Of a stretch of 39,617 nt of DNA, positions 15,639 through 24,751 are shown piece after piece. Under the pieces are notes generated by a model. The model had not been told where the DNA came from. It saw nothing but the letters and a program-made list of their open reading frames with translations, and made no database searches. A program made the position numbers and the translations under genes. Position 1 is the stretch's first letter; the number at the start of each line of letters is the position of its first letter. Origin of the DNA: Clostridiales bacterium (GTDB lineage: Bacteria; Bacillota; Proteinivoracia; UBA4975; PWLI01). The DNA is taken from contig PWLI01000156.1 of assembly GCA_003559415.1 (NCBI GenBank), positions 1 to 39,617 on the forward strand, read 5' to 3'.

Positions 15639-16508
15639 GTGGCAAAAATTGCAGTTGTAGTTGATTCCGGTCTGGACATTCCGGCCCAGCTTTTGGAGCA
15701 ACACAAAATCGCCCAAGTTCCCGTGTTGGTTCACTGGCGGGGCAAACAGTACAGAGACAAAGTTGACCTTGGACTGGAGGAGTTGTTTGACGGCATTGCT
15801 GCCGGTGAACCATTTCCCACCACTTCCCAACCGTCTCCCGGTGAGTTCATTGAGGTGTATGAACCATTGCTGGACCAAATGGGGGATGAAGGGCTTATTT
15901 TGTCTTTCCACCTGGGTTCTTCCTTTAGCGGGACCTATGCCAGCGCCTGTTCCGCTGCGGCCATGATGCCGGCGGGCAGTGTTGAGGTTATAGACACCCA
16001 GTCGCTGAGCATGGGGGGAGGGTGGCAGGCACTGGCTGCAGCCAAGACATTGCAAGCCGGAGGAAGTGCTGTGGATGCAATCAGCATCGCCACTGAAATC
16101 AAAAAAAATACCGGTGTAAAACTGATATTGGACACTCTGGACTTTGTCCGCAGGGGAGGCAGAATCAGTTACCTGCAGGGCTTGCTGGGGTCGATGCTTA
16201 ACATTAAGCCCCTGCTGGAGGTAAGGGATGGAAAACTGTCCAGTGGCAAGAAGACAAGAAGCCGCAGGCAATCGCTGGACATGTTGCTGGATGAAGTTGT
16301 GGCAGATTGCCGGACAGAGGATGGCCGGGGCATGCACTTGGCCGTTGGCCATGCCCGGGCAGAAGAGGATCGGCAATGGCTGATGGAGCAGCTGACCCAA
16401 CGCCTGCCGGCTGCCCGGCAACTTCCCTTTGAGGTGGGCGTGGGCATTGGCACCCACGGTGGCCCGGGAGTGGTCGGCGTTTGCTATTACCAACAATCAG
16501 GGAACTAA
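15639..16508 (+). CDS. DegV/FakB-family fatty-acid-binding protein
   Basis: KIAVVVDS, PTTSQPSPGEF, SGTYASA, DTQSLS, RRGGRIS, LNIKPLL, HGGPG. GTG 15639 follows AAAGGGGG. Confidence 0.95.
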   Translation: MAKIAVVVDSGLDIPAQLLEQHKIAQVPVLVHWRGKQYRDKVDLGLEELFDGIAAGEPFPTTSQPSPGEFIEVYEPLLDQMGDEGLILSFHLGSSFSGTYASACSAAAMMPAGSVEVIDTQSLSMGGGWQALAAAKTLQAGGSAVDAISIATEIKKNTGVKLILDTLDFVRRGGRISYLQGLLGSMLNIKPLLEVRDGKLSSGKKTRSRRQSLDMLLDEVVADCRTEDGRGMHLAVGHARAEEDRQWLMEQLTQRLPAARQLPFEVGVGIGTHGGPGVVGVCYYQQSGN

Positions 16509-16529
16509 CCGCCTGCCGGCGGTTTTTTT
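16507..16529 (+). terminator. Rho-independent terminator
   Basis: AACCGCC-tgcc-GGCGGTT followed by a T run. Confidence 0.85.
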
Positions 16530-16531
16530 AT

Positions 16532-16559
16532 GCAGGAATAGCCCCGGCGGCAGAGAAAT
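16532..16559 (+). promoter_or_regulatory. sigmaH-like promoter
   Basis: GCAGGA-17 bp-GAAAT right after a terminator. Confidence 0.4.
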
Positions 16560-16589
16560 AAACTGTATAACCTAACCGAGGTGATGGAT

Positions 16590-17918
16590 GTGAAGTTTTT
16601 AATCGTCGGGGGCAACGCAGCAGGCATGTCTGCTGCCTCCAAAATAAGCCGCATGTTGCCAGAAGCGGACATAACGGTGCTGGAGCAAAGCAACGATATT
16701 TCCTATGGAAATTGTGGTTTCCCTTACTATTTTGGCGGCCTGGTGGAGAGCCTGGATGGCCTCTATGCCCGACGGCTGCCGCGGTTCAAAGAAATGGGTA
16801 TCAATGTGCTGCTCAGCCACAAAGCCAAGTCCATTGACAGAGATAAGCAACAGGTGCTTGCCGTCAACCCCCAGGGTGAAGTAACATTCAACTATGACCG
16901 TCTGATTTTGGCTACTGGTGCATCACCTGCCGTACCGCCAGTGCCGGGCATGGACCTGGGCAATGTTTTTGTTTTGCGCACCATGCAGGACGCCCGGGAC
17001 ATTGATGGTTCACTGTCGCGGGCGAAACAAATATGTGTGGTGGGTGGAGGATACATAGGCCTGGAAATGGCAGAAAACTTTTCCCTGCGGGGGTTGGATG
17101 TGACTGTGGTTCAGCGCAGCAACCTGTTGCCGGCCCTGGATGAATCCTTGTCCGCCCTGGTGGAAAAAGAGCTGGTCGACCATGGTGTGAAAGTAAAGAC
17201 CGGCCATCAATTGATGGGTATAGAAGGTCAAACAAGGGCTGAAAAGATTATCACCGACAAGGGCTCTTTTCCCGCTGACCTTGTGTTGGTGGCAACAGGA
17301 GTCAAGCCCAACTCCCAGCTGGCCGTTGAGGCTGGCCTGGAAACGACGGCAGAAGGTGCAATTGTTGTGGATGAGTTTCTTGCCACATCGGACAAAAACA
17401 TCTTTGCTGCCGGCGACTGTGCACGCAACTGGCACCGGGTGTCCCAAGGGTGGTCATGGTTGCCGCTGGGTGATACAGCCAACAAAATGGGCCGAACGGC
17501 GGCAGTCAATGCTGCTGGCGACAAACAGCCTTTCCCCGGTGTAGTTGGCACTGCCGCAGTTAAGGTCTTTGATCTCAATGTGGGCCACACCGGCTTTGGC
17601 CTTAGCCAGGCAAAGGAATTTTTCCCCGATGCCAGGGCAATCGAAATAACTGCCCCCGACCGTCCCGGGTACTACCCCGGCAGAGGCCGTGTCACGTGTC
17701 GCCTAATCTTTCTGCCTTCCGGCAAATTGGTCGGCGCCCAGGCGGCGGGCTCTCCGGCAGCGGTGGAAGCGGTGAATATCTGTTCCCTGGCTCTGGGCTT
17801 GGAGGCCGACGTAGAAGACCTGGCAGCAATGGATTTGGCATATGCGCCGCCCTACAGTCCGGTATGGCATTTGTTGTTAATTGCCGCCGGCAGGGCTGTG
17901 ACAGAGATGGAAAGCTAG
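16590..17918 (+). CDS. CoA-disulfide reductase / NADH oxidase-family flavoprotein
   Basis: GGNAAG FAD motif, single redox Cys in SYGNCG, GGGYIGLE, C-terminal DLAYAPPYS (CoADR-like). Start uncertain between 16581 and 16590. Confidence 0.88.
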   Translation: MKFLIVGGNAAGMSAASKISRMLPEADITVLEQSNDISYGNCGFPYYFGGLVESLDGLYARRLPRFKEMGINVLLSHKAKSIDRDKQQVLAVNPQGEVTFNYDRLILATGASPAVPPVPGMDLGNVFVLRTMQDARDIDGSLSRAKQICVVGGGYIGLEMAENFSLRGLDVTVVQRSNLLPALDESLSALVEKELVDHGVKVKTGHQLMGIEGQTRAEKIITDKGSFPADLVLVATGVKPNSQLAVEAGLETTAEGAIVVDEFLATSDKNIFAAGDCARNWHRVSQGWSWLPLGDTANKMGRTAAVNAAGDKQPFPGVVGTAAVKVFDLNVGHTGFGLSQAKEFFPDARAIEITAPDRPGYYPGRGRVTCRLIFLPSGKLVGAQAAGSPAAVEAVNICSLALGLEADVEDLAAMDLAYAPPYSPVWHLLLIAAGRAVTEMES

Positions 17919-17962
17919 TACATCAAATTGCACTATAACACAAGAAACGAGTGATGAATCAA

Positions 17963-18706
17963 ATGAAGCTGGTTGCAGACTTGCACACCCATACCATTGC
18001 CAGCGGCCATGCCTACAGCACTGTTCTGGAAAACACGCGAGTGGCGGCAGACCGCGGTTTGGAGATGATAGCGCTTACAGATCACGGCCCGGCACTGCCC
18101 GGGGGCACTTACAAGCATTTTTTTGCAAATTTGCGGGTGCTGCCGGTGAAAATTTTTGGCGTGGAAGTGCTGCGGGGAATCGAGGCCAACATCATGGATC
18201 AACAAGGCGGCCTGGACCTGGGGGACTATTTCCTGGAAAAACTGGATATTGTGCTGGCTGGCCTGCACCGTGATTGTTATGATCCCGGCAGTGTTGAAGC
18301 CAACACCCGGGCTTTGGTGGCGGCAATTGCCAGCGGAAAAGTGGATGTCATTGTCCATCCCGGCAACCCTGCCTTCCCCATCGATGCCAATCAAGTGGCA
18401 GAGGCCGCTGCCCGGCATGGCGTGCTGCTGGAAATAAACAACTCTTCGCTGACAGGCCTGGCCCGCAAAGGCAGTCGGGACAATTGTTTTAAGCTGGCAG
18501 AGCACGTGGCCCTTCACAAAGGCCAGGTTTGTCTGGGCAGCGATGCTCATTTCGCCGGTCATGTGGGGGAACTGGAGGTGGCGGCGGAGCTGGCCCGCAA
18601 GCATCTTAGTGATGAACAAATTATAAACACTTCCTGTGCCGCTGTTCATCAGTTTCTTGCCAGCCGCGGGCGCAGGCGGCAACCTGCCCGCCGTCCATTG
18701 ATATAG
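17963..18706 (+). CDS. PHP-domain phosphatase (YcdX-like)
   Basis: DLHTHTIASGHAYST, TDHGP, GIEANI, HPGNP, EINNSS, GSDAH. Start uncertain between 17951 and 17963. Confidence 0.92.
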   Translation: MKLVADLHTHTIASGHAYSTVLENTRVAADRGLEMIALTDHGPALPGGTYKHFFANLRVLPVKIFGVEVLRGIEANIMDQQGGLDLGDYFLEKLDIVLAGLHRDCYDPGSVEANTRALVAAIASGKVDVIVHPGNPAFPIDANQVAEAAARHGVLLEINNSSLTGLARKGSRDNCFKLAEHVALHKGQVCLGSDAHFAGHVGELEVAAELARKHLSDEQIINTSCAAVHQFLASRGRRRQPARRPLI

Positions 18707-18739
18707 CGGCAGCGGCAGAATACCACTCGGAGGTGTATC

Positions 18740-19585
18740 ATGATTTTAGTGCTGATAACTGGAATGTCCGGTGCTGGCAAGTCAGTTGCCACAAAGGCCT
18801 TTGAAGACATGGGATATTACTGTGTCGACAACCTGCCACCCCAATTGTTGCCCAAGTTCGTCGAGCTCTGTCAGCAATCAGACAAGATAACCCATGCTGC
18901 ACTGGTGGTTGATGTCCGGGGCGGAGAGTTTTTTGACTTGCTGGAACAGCATTTGGACCAGCTTCAATTGCCGGTGAAAATTCTTTTTCTTGAAGCCAGC
19001 AACGAGTCGCTGGTGCGCAGGTTTAAAGAGAGCCGTCGCACCCACCCACTGAGTCCCCAAAACAGCATCGAGCAGGGTATTGAGCTTGAACGACAGCGCC
19101 TTGCTCCGTTGCGGCAGAAGGCTGACGTGATTGTGGACACATCGGACGTGAAGCCTGCTGAACTGCGCCAACGGTTGTTGGACTCTTTTCCGCCTGCAGA
19201 CTCTGCAGCTGTTAAGATGAACATCTCAGTGGTTTCCTTTGGCTATAAACACGGATTGCCCTTGGACGCCGACTTGGTTTTCGATGTCCGTTTTTTGCCC
19301 AACCCCCATTATCAGCAGGAGCTTAAGGATTTAACCGGCAAACAGGAGGCGGTGCAGAATTATGTTCTGGCTTGGACTGTTACCCATCAATTTTTGGACA
19401 GGTTGCGCCGATTGCTGACTTTTTTGGTGCCTTGCTATGTCGAAGAAGGCAAGAGTCAGTTGGTAATTGCCGTGGGCTGTACAGCGGGCAAACATCGCTC
19501 GGTGGTTATAGCGGATAAGCTGGCGGCCTTTCTCATTCAGAGAGGATACAACGCCCTGTCAATTCATCGGGATGTGGAGAAATAA
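18740..19585 (+). CDS. rapZ: RNase adapter RapZ/YvcJ P-loop protein
   Basis: ITGMSGAGKS, CVDNLPP, SFGYKHGLPLDADLVFDVRFLPNP, GCTAGKHRSV. Confidence 0.96.
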   Translation: MILVLITGMSGAGKSVATKAFEDMGYYCVDNLPPQLLPKFVELCQQSDKITHAALVVDVRGGEFFDLLEQHLDQLQLPVKILFLEASNESLVRRFKESRRTHPLSPQNSIEQGIELERQRLAPLRQKADVIVDTSDVKPAELRQRLLDSFPPADSAAVKMNISVVSFGYKHGLPLDADLVFDVRFLPNPHYQQELKDLTGKQEAVQNYVLAWTVTHQFLDRLRRLLTFLVPCYVEEGKSQLVIAVGCTAGKHRSVVIADKLAAFLIQRGYNALSIHRDVEK

Positions 19586-19600
19586 CGGCAGGAGGTGTTG

Positions 19601-20944
19601 GTGTTGAAGGGATTTTGGAAGATCCTTTATCCCGGTCTGGGAGTGAAGCGCTGGGTGCTGGCCTTGTTACTTGGCCTGATTATGATAATGCTTGCTTTTA
19701 TGTCGGTGCTGTTGGGCGTCAGTGAAGTTGTGTCTCCATTGCGCAGTTTTGTCGCTGGCCTGGCAGGCTTGCGGGGTACCCCCCTGTACCTGGTTTTATT
19801 GCTTGTAGTAGGGTTGACCTTGACCATGCTTGCGGTTGAACGCCTGATGAATTCCATTACCGTGGCGCTGGCTCCCCGCAGCACTGAAAAAATAGTCGAT
19901 TCGCTTTACAGCTTTCGCTATCTGCACCGTGGCCCGAAAATAGTGGTCATTGGCGGCGGCACCGGCATGGCCATGCTGTTGCAGGGGCTCAAGGAATATA
20001 CCAGCAACCTCACAGCTGTGGTGACAGTTGCCGATGACGGTGGCAGCTCGGGAAGGTTGCGGGGGGATTTGTCAATGCCGGCGCCGGGAGACATTCGCAG
20101 CTGTGTAGTAGCGTTGGCTGACTCGGAGCTCCTGGGGCGCCTTATGCAGTACCGCTTTTCCCAGGGAGACGGGCTGGCAGGGCACAACTTCGGCAATCTG
20201 TTTTTGGGTGCCCTTACGCAAATGCTGGGTTTCCAGGAAGCGGTTAAACAGTTTAACAATGTACTGGCCATCCGCGGCAAGGTGCTGCCGGTCACAGATC
20301 AATCTGTATCCCTGGTGGCCACATATGATGATGATAGCGTGGTTAGGGGTGAATCCCTGATTGGCAAAGCCGGCAGGGCTATTACCCGTTTGGAAGTGGA
20401 CCCTGCCGATTGCCAGGCGCTGCCTGAGGTGCTGGACAGCATCGCCAAGGCCGATGCTGTTGTGGTGGGCCCGGGCAGTTTGTACACCAGCCTGTTGCCC
20501 AACCTGCTGGTTCCCGGTGTCCAGCAAGCTATACGTCGCTGTCGGGGGCCACGATTCTTTGTCTGCAACATAATGACCCAGCAGGGCGAAACTCCGGGTT
20601 TCTCCGCCAGCAGGCACTTGCAGGTTGTCAATGAACATGTCGGCCCAGGGCTTTTTAACTACTGTGTAGTCAACACTGAAAATGTGGCGGCAGAGCTTTT
20701 GGAAAAGTACAAAATTGAGGGTGCTGAACAGGTTTCAGTTGATTCGCAACAACTGCAGGATATGAAGGTTAAAGTGCTACGAGGCAATCTGCTTGGCTCT
20801 GACCAAGTTGCCCATCACGATTCAGCTGCGGTGGCCAGGCTTTTGCTTACTGAAATAGTTAAAACCTCTCAGCGGACCACCCGGTGGTTTGACCAATTTT
20901 TGCTGGATGCTCAACTCAGTGCGTCCGGGAAGGAGAAAAAGTGA
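19601..20944 (+). CDS. yvcK: YvcK/GlmR-family (UPF0052) protein with N-terminal membrane extension
   Basis: IGGGTG, TVADDGGSSGRLR, PGDIR, GHNFGNL, GPGSLYTS, NIMTQQGET; PGLGVKRW followed by two TM helices at the N-terminus. Confidence 0.93.
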   Translation: MLKGFWKILYPGLGVKRWVLALLLGLIMIMLAFMSVLLGVSEVVSPLRSFVAGLAGLRGTPLYLVLLLVVGLTLTMLAVERLMNSITVALAPRSTEKIVDSLYSFRYLHRGPKIVVIGGGTGMAMLLQGLKEYTSNLTAVVTVADDGGSSGRLRGDLSMPAPGDIRSCVVALADSELLGRLMQYRFSQGDGLAGHNFGNLFLGALTQMLGFQEAVKQFNNVLAIRGKVLPVTDQSVSLVATYDDDSVVRGESLIGKAGRAITRLEVDPADCQALPEVLDSIAKADAVVVGPGSLYTSLLPNLLVPGVQQAIRRCRGPRFFVCNIMTQQGETPGFSASRHLQVVNEHVGPGLFNYCVVNTENVAAELLEKYKIEGAEQVSVDSQQLQDMKVKVLRGNLLGSDQVAHHDSAAVARLLLTEIVKTSQRTTRWFDQFLLDAQLSASGKEKK

Positions 20945-21642
20945 GCAAGTGGCAGGAAATTCCCTGGGGTCTTAAGGACATTTTCTTGGCTGTAATTATG
21001 TTTGCCCTGCTTTTATTGGCAGCCAGCATGCTGCTGGGACTGCTGATAGATTCAGGTTGGGTTGTCGCCAACACAACAGCCATTGTCGTGGCAGCTCTGT
21101 TGCAGGCAGCAATCATGGTCGGCACAATGTGTGTTGTGATATTTGGTTTGCGCAAAGCCAAGTTGTTGCATTTGGGCATATCCCGTCCATTTTGGCGGCA
21201 TTGGCCCTGGGGCGCCCTGGGCGGTATTGCCATGGTGGTGCTGGCGTTGATTTTTGCTTTGGCAGTAACATGGTTTGTCAACGATTTGCCGGAGCAGGCA
21301 TTGACCGGTGAACTGGTGGACATTCAGGGCTGGCCGGGCTTTGTGGCGGTGGTGCTGGCGGTGGCTGTGGTGGCTCCTGCCGCCGAGGAAATGGTCTTTC
21401 GCGGCTTTGTTTACGGAGGGCTGAGAAAGAAAATCGGCCTGTGGCCGTCTGTGTTGCTTACCTCAATATGTTTTGCTGTTGTTCACCTGGAGTTTCACTG
21501 GGTTCACTTTTCCCAGATTTTGTTTTTCGGGGTTGTGCTGGCGTTGCTCTATGAACGCACTCAAAACTTATTGGTGCCCATTATCGCCCACAGCATTTAC
21601 AACCTGGCCATTTACCTGATGCTGCTGATTGTTGGTGTTTAG
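20941..21642 (+). CDS. CPBP/Abi (CAAX) family intramembrane metalloprotease
   Basis: APAAEEMVFRG, FAVVH and HSIYN motifs; multiple TM helices. Confidence 0.92.
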   Translation: MSKWQEIPWGLKDIFLAVIMFALLLLAASMLLGLLIDSGWVVANTTAIVVAALLQAAIMVGTMCVVIFGLRKAKLLHLGISRPFWRHWPWGALGGIAMVVLALIFALAVTWFVNDLPEQALTGELVDIQGWPGFVAVVLAVAVVAPAAEEMVFRGFVYGGLRKKIGLWPSVLLTSICFAVVHLEFHWVHFSQILFFGVVLALLYERTQNLLVPIIAHSIYNLAIYLMLLIVGV

Positions 21643-21654
21643 GAGGCGTTTGTA

Positions 21655-22587
21655 ATGTCTTTTACTGCAAATATTAAGGGAGAATTGTGCCGTCTTCCAG
21701 CCAAATCCCGTTGTTGCCCCCGGGCTGAGCTGGCAGGTTTTATTGTTACCAACGGCAATCTTATTTTATCTGCTGGCGGTGTTGTTCACCTTAACATCGT
21801 CACCGAACATGCCTTTGTGGCCAGGCACATCTATCGTTTAATCAAGGAACAGTTCGGGTTTGTGCCGGCAGTGTTGGCCAGAAAACGGGCGAGACTGAAG
21901 AAAAACGTCACTTACCTCGTCCAGGTGGCAGAATCGGATCAGGCCCGGCAAGTTGTTTCTGACCTGGGCATCCTGGATGGGCGCCATATTCCCGGTGCTC
22001 CCGGCCGGCAACTGCTGGATCGGAAATGCTGTCAACGCAGCTATCTGCGGGGATGTTTCCTGGCCGGCGGTTCGGTGAGCAGTCCGGCGAGCCATGGCTA
22101 CCATCTGGAAATTGCCACCGAGTACTTGGCCCACGCTCAATTTGTCCGGGAGTTGTTGTTGTCTTTGGGCATCAAAAGCGGCCAGGTTAAACGAAAGCAT
22201 CAACAGGTTGTTTATGTCAAGGACTCGGAACAGATCGCCCAGTTTCTGACAATTATTGGCACCAGCAAGGGGCGACTGGAGTTTGAAAATGCGCGGATTT
22301 ACAAGGAGATGCGAAACAGGGTTAACCGCATGGTGAACTGTGAGACTGCCAATGTGGGCAAAACAGTAAATGCATCCCAGCGGCAGGTGGCAGCCATCCG
22401 CCAGCTGCAGCAAAACCAGGTGCTGCAATCCCTTTCTCCGGGGTTGCGGGAGGTGGCCCATTTGCGGCTGGAAATGCCGGAAGCCACCCTGGAAGAACTG
22501 GGCCAACAGGCAGGGCTGAGCAAATCAGCGGCCAATTACCGTTTGCGCCGGCTGTTAAAAATTGCTGCAAGTTTGCGCAGAAACTGA
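21655..22587 (+). CDS. whiA: DNA-binding protein WhiA
   Basis: MSFTANIKGEL, YLRGCFLAGGSVSSP, YHLE, RNRVNRMVNCETAN, C-terminal HTH SKSAANYRLRRL. Confidence 0.96.
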   Translation: MSFTANIKGELCRLPAKSRCCPRAELAGFIVTNGNLILSAGGVVHLNIVTEHAFVARHIYRLIKEQFGFVPAVLARKRARLKKNVTYLVQVAESDQARQVVSDLGILDGRHIPGAPGRQLLDRKCCQRSYLRGCFLAGGSVSSPASHGYHLEIATEYLAHAQFVRELLLSLGIKSGQVKRKHQQVVYVKDSEQIAQFLTIIGTSKGRLEFENARIYKEMRNRVNRMVNCETANVGKTVNASQRQVAAIRQLQQNQVLQSLSPGLREVAHLRLEMPEATLEELGQQAGLSKSAANYRLRRLLKIAASLRRN

Positions 22588-22593
22588 TATAAT
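22585..22593 (+). promoter_or_regulatory. Extended -10 promoter (TGaTATAAT) for the HPr gene
   Basis: Perfect TGnTATAAT overlapping the whiA stop codon. Confidence 0.6.
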
Positions 22594-22625
22594 AAATGAT
22601 ATGTTAACTGAAAGGGGCATCTAAT

Positions 22626-22886
22626 ATGGTAGAAAGAGAAGTAACTGTTCAAAACAAAACCGGGCTCCACGCCCGTCCGGCGGCAATGTTTGTGCAGAAG
22701 GCCGGCAAGTTTGCCAGTACCATTACGGTCATAAAAGAAGAACGGGAAGCAAATGCCAAAAGCATAATGTCCGTCATGGCTTTGGGCGCCGGTCAGGGGT
22801 CCAAGGTAGTTATCAGGGCGGAAGGCTCGGATGAACAGCAAGCGGTAGATACCCTGGTGGAATTGGTGGAAAGTTTCAGCGAATAA
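22626..22886 (+). CDS. ptsH: Phosphocarrier protein HPr
   Basis: GLHARPA (His15 present, so not Crh) and NAKSIMS (Ser46). Confidence 0.93.
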   Translation: MVEREVTVQNKTGLHARPAAMFVQKAGKFASTITVIKEEREANAKSIMSVMALGAGQGSKVVIRAEGSDEQQAVDTLVELVESFSE

Positions 22887-22913
22887 AAAGGTGCCGGCAG
22901 AGCCGGCACCTTT
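22887..22913. terminator. Bidirectional terminator
   Basis: AAAGGTGCCGGC-aga-GCCGGCACCTTT between convergent genes. Confidence 0.85.
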
Positions 22914-22916
22914 AGA

Positions 22917-23156
22917 TTAGAACAGGTATAATTCCAGAACCAGATTAAAGGCGGAGAGACAAAGGCTGAGGAGTGAAAAAAAACCGCCAATTTTTGCCCC
23001 GTCGGGCCAGGGAGAATCCCAAGCCAGCACCGCACACAAAATCCCGCCAAAAGAGACAATGATTCCGATGATAGGGTAGATCCACAACCATAGACCTGCC
23101 AGCAAACCGCAGCCAATAGAAACAACAGCCAGAGCAGTGCCGAGATGGCGTGCCAT
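22917..23156 (-). CDS. Small hypothetical membrane protein (79 aa, about 3 TM)
   Basis: GGGAGGT RBS, own sigmaA promoter and terminator, strongly hydrophobic. Confidence 0.75.
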   Translation of the reverse strand: MARHLGTALAVVSIGCGLLAGLWLWIYPIIGIIVSFGGILCAVLAWDSPWPDGAKIGGFFSLLSLCLSAFNLVLELYLF

Positions 23157-23183
23157 ACCTACCTCCCTATATCCTTTGTTTTG

Positions 23184-23212
23184 AGAATATCTTTTAGAAC
23201 AACATTTGTCAA
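23184..23212 (-). promoter_or_regulatory. sigmaA promoter for the 79-aa membrane protein
   Basis: TTGACA-17 bp-TATTCT on the minus strand. Confidence 0.65.
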
Positions 23213-23232
23213 TTGTCTGTTGATGTTCTTTC

Positions 23233-23261
23233 TGGACTTATATCCGGCAAAGGGTTAAAAT
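23233..23261 (+). promoter_or_regulatory. Probable sigmaA promoter for the MscS gene
   Basis: TGGACT-17 bp-TAAAAT. Confidence 0.5.
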
Positions 23262-23290
23262 ATATGCAACAAGGTTGTGGGGGGTATTAT

Positions 23291-24409
23291 ATGGATTTTA
23301 CAGTTATTATTCAGTCGGTAGTGCAGTTTTTCACCGTCGATGTTGTCAACTTCTGGCACGAACATTTGCTTAATTACACAATAGCCATCGGTATCGTTGT
23401 TTTCTTTTATGTCCTGCGCCTATTGTTTTCCCGCTATGTTGTTACAGCGCTGTTGCGGCTGTCCCGGAAAACCGAGACTAGTTTTGACACCAAGACTGTT
23501 GAGGCCTTCCGCAAACCGGTAAGGCGCTTCATAGTGCTTTTGGGCATATACCTGGCGGTGCTTTATGTTTCACCTTATGACCTTGACTCTGTACAGCACC
23601 TGTTTGTAAATCGTGTGTTCCGCACAGTGGTAATTGTGCTGATATTTTCCGGGCTGTACAACCTTGCTGATTCGTCGTCAGATTTGCTGTTACAGGTGGG
23701 GCGCAAGTATGACTTTGACCGGATTGTGCTTTCATTTTTCTCCAAGGTTTTGCGCTTTATCATCATTGCCCTGAGCATCCCGATAATTGCCGACACCTGG
23801 GACATTGACATCAACGGCTTTGTGGCTGGTTTGGGTATTGGCGGTTTGGCCCTGGCCCTGGCCGCCCAGGATGCAATTTCCAATGTTGTTGGCGGCCTGG
23901 TGATAATAACAGAGCGGCCTTTCAGCATCGGGGACTGGATACTTACCTCCAACGTTGAAGGAACAGTGGAAGACATTTCCTTCCGCAGCACCAAGGTGCG
24001 CACCTTTGCCCAGGCACTGGTTACCGTTCCCAACTCTTCACTGGCCAAGCAACCCGTAACCAACTGGACGCGCATGGGCAGGCGGCAGATAAGTTTCCGG
24101 TTGGGAGTTACATATTCCACACCAAAAAAGAAACTGGAAGCATGTGTGCAGCGGATTCGTCAAATGCTTACCACTCACCAACATGTTCACCCTCAAACAA
24201 TTTTTGTGTTCTTTGACGGGTTCAATGACAGCAGCCTGGACATTTTCATCTACTTCTTTACCAAGACAACTGTATGGGCAGAGTTCCTTGCCGCTAAAGA
24301 AGAAATTCTCTACGGCATTATGGAAATATTGGAAGATGAAGGGGTTTCTGTGGCTTTCCCCTCCACCAGCGTTTATTTCGAAAACCCCATGCCGGAAAAA
24401 GCCAAGTAG
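23291..24409 (+). CDS. mscS: Small-conductance mechanosensitive channel (MscS family, extended N-terminal TM region)
   Basis: AGLGIGGLALALAAQD, RPFSIGDWI, EGTVEDISFRSTKVR, VPNS, VAFPS. ATG 23291 follows GGGGG. Confidence 0.92.
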   Translation: MDFTVIIQSVVQFFTVDVVNFWHEHLLNYTIAIGIVVFFYVLRLLFSRYVVTALLRLSRKTETSFDTKTVEAFRKPVRRFIVLLGIYLAVLYVSPYDLDSVQHLFVNRVFRTVVIVLIFSGLYNLADSSSDLLLQVGRKYDFDRIVLSFFSKVLRFIIIALSIPIIADTWDIDINGFVAGLGIGGLALALAAQDAISNVVGGLVIITERPFSIGDWILTSNVEGTVEDISFRSTKVRTFAQALVTVPNSSLAKQPVTNWTRMGRRQISFRLGVTYSTPKKKLEACVQRIRQMLTTHQHVHPQTIFVFFDGFNDSSLDIFIYFFTKTTVWAEFLAAKEEILYGIMEILEDEGVSVAFPSTSVYFENPMPEKAK

Positions 24410-24426
24410 CCAGGCAAAGATTAAAC

Positions 24427-24460
24427 AAAGAGCACATGGCCCATGACCATGTGCTCTTTT
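24427..24460. terminator. Terminator downstream of mscS
   Basis: AAAGAGCACATGG-cccatga-CCATGTGCTCTTT(T). Confidence 0.8.
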
Positions 24461-24465
24461 CTTGC

Positions 24466-24490
24466 AAAAAACAACGGCTTGGCCGTTGTT
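24466..24490 (-). terminator. Terminator of rpmE
   Basis: AACAACGGC/GCCGTTGTT inverted repeat with a T run on the minus strand. Confidence 0.75.
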
Positions 24491-24689
24491 AGTTTCGCTT
24501 GTACTTGCGGTTGAACTTTTCCACCCGTCCGGCGGCATCAACAATCTTTTGTACGCCTGTGAAGTAGGGATGGCACTTTGCGCATATATCAACGCGGATA
24601 TTTTCCTTGGTGGATCCGGTTTCATATTCTGCACCGCAGGCACATGTGGCGGTAACTTTGTAGTACTTGGGATGAGTATTTTCTTTCAC
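24489..24689 (-). CDS. rpmE: 50S ribosomal protein L31 (type A, Zn-binding)
   Basis: (M)KENTHPKY...CACG...[12 protein letters not shown]...[13 protein letters not shown] 24689 follows AAGGAGGT. Confidence 0.96.
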   Translation of the reverse strand: MKENTHPKYYKVTATCACGAEYETGSTKENIRVDICAKCHPYFTGVQKIVDAAGRVEKFNRKYKRN

Positions 24690-24708
24690 GGTGTTGACCT
24701 CCTTCCAA

Positions 24709-24750
24709 ACGGTAAAACCGCAATGGTTGGCAGGCGATGGCCTGCCCAAC
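24709..24750 (-). promoter_or_regulatory. Structured 5' leader of rpmE (candidate r-protein leader)
   Basis: Hairpin GGCAGGC-catc-GCCTGCC at the predicted 5' end, plus CGGT-ttt-ACCG before the RBS. Confidence 0.35.
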
Positions 24751-24751
24751 T

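Noticed and set aside
18720-18736. Second CsoR-like site ATACC-N7-GGTGT before rapZ
   Set aside because: The right arm is explained by the GGAGGTG RBS, and it lacks the C/G tracts.
22626-22886. Crh call based on position after whiA
   Set aside because: His15 is present (GLHARPA), so it is a true HPr-type protein.
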